DNA of 64,000 bases from NCBI GenBank assembly GCA_051294375.1, contig CM119267.1:14501694-14565693 (forward strand), written 5' to 3'. This document shows positions 60,142 to 64,000 of the stretch, one piece after another. Positions within the stretch are counted from its first letter, which is position 1; each line of letters opens with the position of its first letter. The notes beneath the pieces are model-generated. The model ran no database searches and was not told the origin of the DNA. It was given only the letters and a program-made list of their open reading frames with translations. The stretch comes from Paraspadella gotoi (lineage: Eukaryota > Animalia > Chaetognatha). The position numbers were made by a program, and so were the translations under genes.

Positions 60142-61617
60142 ATGAGTTTACGATTAAATCGAATGATCCTACCCATGGTGTTGCCGGAGATCTCGTGTTT
60201 TACGAAATCGCATTCTTTTATGACTGTCGCCGAATCCGTGAATGAAATTTCGAATTCTACAATTGAGCTAAATACACCCATTGCCAAAGCTATCGACGCC
60301 GCATTCGAAATTAAAAACCCAACTCTGGTTCAGCAAATTTTCTCTGTTTACCCGTCTTTAGGAAATTATGCTGAAAAAGATTTCAACAAAAAATTAGTTG
60401 CATTGGAACACCGCGGTTTCACTAGGGTCGAGTTGCTAGAGAATCTGGAATTATTTTTTTTTCCCGATAATAAGTTGGATCGAAGATATAAAGACCTGAT
60501 CGAGAGAGGAGTGTCCGAGACGGAGATAAACGCCCCCATGATGGTCAATCCTGATAAGCAAAGTTTGTATCCTGAATACTGCCGACCTTGTCGGAGCAAC
60601 TGCCAATATCTTTCCGACACTTTCCGAGTGACTCGTGCCGAGATATTCGACGCTTCTGCTCACTGCTTTGGTATATTAAAACGTTCTGCCGAAATCGGAC
60701 GTCTTTTGGAAATGCTCTGGGAGGCAGGTATGACCTCCGAAGCACTCCTGAAACGATTCAAGAAGATCTTTATTCGAGCGAAAAAGATTGAAAACCGGTT
60801 GATAATTTTGAATTCGATCGCAGAGCCGCAACTAGTGCAAAAATATCTTAAATCGACTGCCATCTATCAATCAGAGACGTATTTTACCGCGAGCGTTTGG
60901 CGTCTGCAAGGGAAGATCAATCGCCGCAGTATTCAAAATCCTCTTAGTGAAAAGGTGAAATTTCTCTCGGAGCTTTTAGAGGTTCCTGACGCCTCAGTTT
61001 ACGACATGCTGGAAGGGAGCAAATCTTCACACGTTATGATTCAACTAAATGATGATAAGCTCAAGGACACGGTCTCGACATTGAAAAGTTTGGGATTATC
61101 CGGTAGAGATATTTTACGCAACGCACCCTTTTTGAGATATTCGCGGAACAATTTAACTGAAGCCGTCTCAATCTTGAAATTAACTGCCGAAGATGTTTCT
61201 ATCAACATTCTAGATTTAAAAAACATTTTATTCACAGGAGAAAGACCTCAAAGAAATAAAGTTCCAAATTTTCTATTTTGCGAATTGGCCGGGTGTTTAG
61301 ATTGCTGCGGAAAGGATTTACGTTTCGTTACCCGGGGATATACTCAGAAAGTTTTTAGTAGATATGTTAACGAACATGGTTATTCGTCTGTAGAACATAT
61401 TGTTTGTGTGACCAAAAAATTGTTGCATAGAGGCTTTTCACCGGCGTCCGTTAAATATGCCTTATTCATTGCTGTTCATAGCACAGATAACATTGAAAAA
61501 GCGCTTGTCACCGTGTCTTTTAAGTTTTTTTCGAACAAAAAAATATATGAAATGACGTTAAAGGAGCAAATTGTTTTGCTTAATTTAGTTCAGTATCATA
61601 TTGAACGCCATTTATAA
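60142..61617 (+). CDS. mTERF-like helical-repeat protein, probably mitochondrial
   Basis: Intronless ORF with mTERF-like repeats such as LKDTVSTLKSLGLSGRDILRNAPFLRYS and KLVALEHRGFTRVELLENLELF. Family call is by eye. Confidence 0.6.
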   Translation: MSLRLNRMILPMVLPEISCFTKSHSFMTVAESVNEISNSTIELNTPIAKAIDAAFEIKNPTLVQQIFSVYPSLGNYAEKDFNKKLVALEHRGFTRVELLENLELFFFPDNKLDRRYKDLIERGVSETEINAPMMVNPDKQSLYPEYCRPCRSNCQYLSDTFRVTRAEIFDASAHCFGILKRSAEIGRLLEMLWEAGMTSEALLKRFKKIFIRAKKIENRLIILNSIAEPQLVQKYLKSTAIYQSETYFTASVWRLQGKINRRSIQNPLSEKVKFLSELLEVPDASVYDMLEGSKSSHVMIQLNDDKLKDTVSTLKSLGLSGRDILRNAPFLRYSRNNLTEAVSILKLTAEDVSINILDLKNILFTGERPQRNKVPNFLFCELAGCLDCCGKDLRFVTRGYTQKVFSRYVNEHGYSSVEHIVCVTKKLLHRGFSPASVKYALFIAVHSTDNIEKALVTVSFKFFSNKKIYEMTLKEQIVLLNLVQYHIERHL

Positions 61618-61772
61618 TCGTTTCATCCTCATTTCACACAATAAATGACTTTATTTTCATGGTTTTTTACAGTCTATTTCATAGAAGTTACTTTATAACA
61701 TTCATATTTTTCTCTTTAATTTTAGATAAGTTATAAATTGGTGAATAGTGCTAAAACTCTTGGAATTAGACA

Positions 61773-63065
61773 ATGTTTCTTATTGCTCGAAGATTTTATT
61801 CCGTTGGGAAACATATTTTCGATCAGGAAGTTATTAATTTCGTCGCAAACGAACTAAAGATTTCAAATAAATTAGCTCAGTCATTCTGTAGATCAAAGAA
61901 TCTGTACAGTTTTGCTAAAGAAAAACCTCAAATCTTTCAAAATAAGTTGAAAATGTTACATTATCAAGGAATATCATTACCAGAAATAGTTGAAAATGGA
62001 AAACTACTTCTTCTTTCTCAAAAGGAAATCGAAAACAATAAAAAGTTGTTAAACATGAACCCAGTTTCAAAAGACTTGATTTGTGGGGAAATTATTTTAA
62101 ATCCTAAGCAAGTTTTAGAACTGTCGAAAAAGATCTCTTTTCGTCAACAGTTTAAAGCTTACGCTCCTTGGTATGCTAATGAGTTACAAGTTGACATTCA
62201 AGTTATTTATGATAATACATCAGACATCCTTGTTTTAACTCGTCACCCAAACTTAAAACTTTTCGTTATTCGATTAATGATTGAAAACGGTGTAGCTGCA
62301 GAAAATGTTATTAAACGTCTAGCTTTGCTCAATTCTTTATCATTGAAAAATTTGCAAGATCGAGTTTCGAAGATTCGCATATTGGAAAAAAATAATATGC
62401 TACGAAAAAATCACAATATATTTAAAAAATCGATTTGGTTAAAAGATGATCATAGTTTTAACTATTACATCCTCAAACAAACGCAGTATTTCGAAAGGAA
62501 TGGTTTTCCACCCGACATCGTCGACAAAGCGAAATTTGTCGCTCACGAGTTGGGATTAAGCGAAAATTTGGTTCTGAATAGCGTACAGGAGAAGCGATCG
62601 ACGGGAGTCATGATTTTTTTGCCGCGTCATAAAATAACTGGCGTTGTGCAATTGTTTCGCAACGCAGGGTTAAGTGGAGAAGAAATATTAGAACTTTCAA
62701 GATGCTTTTTCTACAAGGAATCATCTCTTACGAGTGCTTTGTCGTCCGTGCAAAAAGCGTATGGAGTTACAACTTTAAATCAAAGCCATCTCTCTGACAT
62801 CTGGTGTTTTCTGGTTAAAGGATCTTTTCGGACTAAAACTGGAAGACATAAGAAACCTACTAAAAAATTCGTCCTTGAATATTTAATTGGAATAGGTTTC
62901 GACTATCGACTTTTGTACAATAGTTCATTACCAAACTTTCCACTCGAAAAAGTAAAAATCGCCGCGACAAATTTGAAACTCGAAACTACAAACCTTCGAG
63001 AGATGAGTTTTTTATGCCAAAAAAGACTATTGAATTTATTACATTATTACACTGAAAAACTTTGA
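61773..63065 (+). CDS. mTERF-like protein, divergent tandem paralog
   Basis: Presequence-like MFLIARRFYS. DKAKFVAHELGLSENLV...VVQLFRNAGLSGEEIL aligns with EKVKFLSELLEVPDASV...TVSTLKSLGLSGRDIL in the upstream gene. Confidence 0.6.
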   Translation: MFLIARRFYSVGKHIFDQEVINFVANELKISNKLAQSFCRSKNLYSFAKEKPQIFQNKLKMLHYQGISLPEIVENGKLLLLSQKEIENNKKLLNMNPVSKDLICGEIILNPKQVLELSKKISFRQQFKAYAPWYANELQVDIQVIYDNTSDILVLTRHPNLKLFVIRLMIENGVAAENVIKRLALLNSLSLKNLQDRVSKIRILEKNNMLRKNHNIFKKSIWLKDDHSFNYYILKQTQYFERNGFPPDIVDKAKFVAHELGLSENLVLNSVQEKRSTGVMIFLPRHKITGVVQLFRNAGLSGEEILELSRCFFYKESSLTSALSSVQKAYGVTTLNQSHLSDIWCFLVKGSFRTKTGRHKKPTKKFVLEYLIGIGFDYRLLYNSSLPNFPLEKVKIAATNLKLETTNLREMSFLCQKRLLNLLHYYTEKL

Positions 63066-63229
63066 TGTCCATTGTTTTTTTTCTATGAAAATTATTAAAA
63101 TTATTAAAATTATTCTGATTAACGTTAAGATTGAATTGTTGATAAATCTTTATGAATCTTTTTTTTCTCTCCCAGGCTTTGAATTGTTACGTGATAACTT
63201 GGAAATAAATTATTCAGCAAAGTTGCTTT

Positions 63230-63972
63230 TAGTAGCCATAGCCTAAGTTGTAGTTCATTCAAATAGCGATGTCGCCGGCGATTCACGCACGAGTTGCAGG
63301 TGTGGTTCTAGTTGGTTGGCGACTTCGCCATGGCGATATCGCCATGGCGAAGTCGCCAACCAACTAGAACCGATGAAATTTAAATGCTAATGAATACAAC
63401 GTTAAAATAATCTATCATGAGCATAGATTATAGTATTAAAATATTTTTTGTCAAAAATTATTTTTTCGGAGGGTACTAGCCTAATTAAAAATATTATATT
63501 ACTATATAAAGCAAACAATTTTTTTTTGAAATCTTAAAATTTTTTAATGGATTCTGATAGAGCATAAAAAGTTAAACATGAAATATAATTACAGCTTTTA
63601 AAAATTCTTACGTTTTCTTAGTAAAAATTTTAAAAAACTGATAAATCATCAAAAGATGATGATTATGACGATTTTTTATGGTTTTTCTTATTTTTGACCT
63701 ACTTATCATAACAATATTTAAAAAAGAATTATACTTTGTGTAGACAACTTTTTATGAGCTATCTGAATCTGGTCTTAAAATTTAAAATTTCTAAAAAAAA
63801 ATTTTGACCTTTCCTATCTATAAATAAATATTAAAAAATTAATTACTAGGGTATAGAGCCATATAAAAAAATTTTTGTCCATTGAAAGTATACTTAAAAA
63901 TGTATAAATTTTCGTTTGAGCTTGTACTCACTCTAAATTTTTGACTCACCCCATTGAGTGCGGCTACCCCTA
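63230..63972 (-). mobile_element. Solo copy of the GGGGTAGCCGCACTC-terminated repeat, interrupted at about 63244-63369
   Basis: Matches 36350-36955 and ends CCCCATTGAGTGCGGCTACCCCTA. Confidence 0.8.
63304..63371. repeat. Perfect 68-bp palindrome with no spacer
   Basis: GGTTCTAGTTGGTTGGCGACTTCGCCATGGCGAT|ATCGCCATGGCGAAGTCGCCAACCAACTAGAACC. Confidence 0.95.
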
Positions 63973-64000
63973 CTTTTAGAATATAATTTCGCACTCGAAT

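Noticed and set aside
63269-63299. Possible first coding exon (MSPAIHARVA) of a next gene after the acceptor near 63175
   Set aside because: It lies in an insert within a repeat and no downstream exon is visible in the window.

Overview
This is AT-rich animal (probably invertebrate) genomic DNA from a draft scaffold with four N gaps. It holds 17 recognisable genes plus one orphan reading frame, all on the + strand: C2H2-ZF, NUP54, CPSF4, PIGZ, C2H2-ZF, TRMT5, FBXO31-like, DUSP, Tudor, F-box/WD40, TMEM231, DnaJ, DENR, THEM6, orphan, TATDN3 and two mTERF-like genes. Most are intron-poor, several are only 60-130 bp apart, and most starts sit just after an unpaired polypyrimidine-AG acceptor. This suggests polycistronic operons resolved by spliced-leader trans-splicing (an inference, not shown directly). 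Large introns and spacers hold nested repeats: Penelope-like retroelement remnants with minimal hammerhead ribozymes showing covariation, DINE/HINE-like elements with internal minisatellites, and several foldback MITEs. The 15-33 kb block repeats the 33-43 kb block once directly and once inverted. Those copies are rich in 1-bp indels and are probably long-read or amplification artefacts, or an alternative haplotype. All gene names come from recognising protein motifs by eye; no database search was run.
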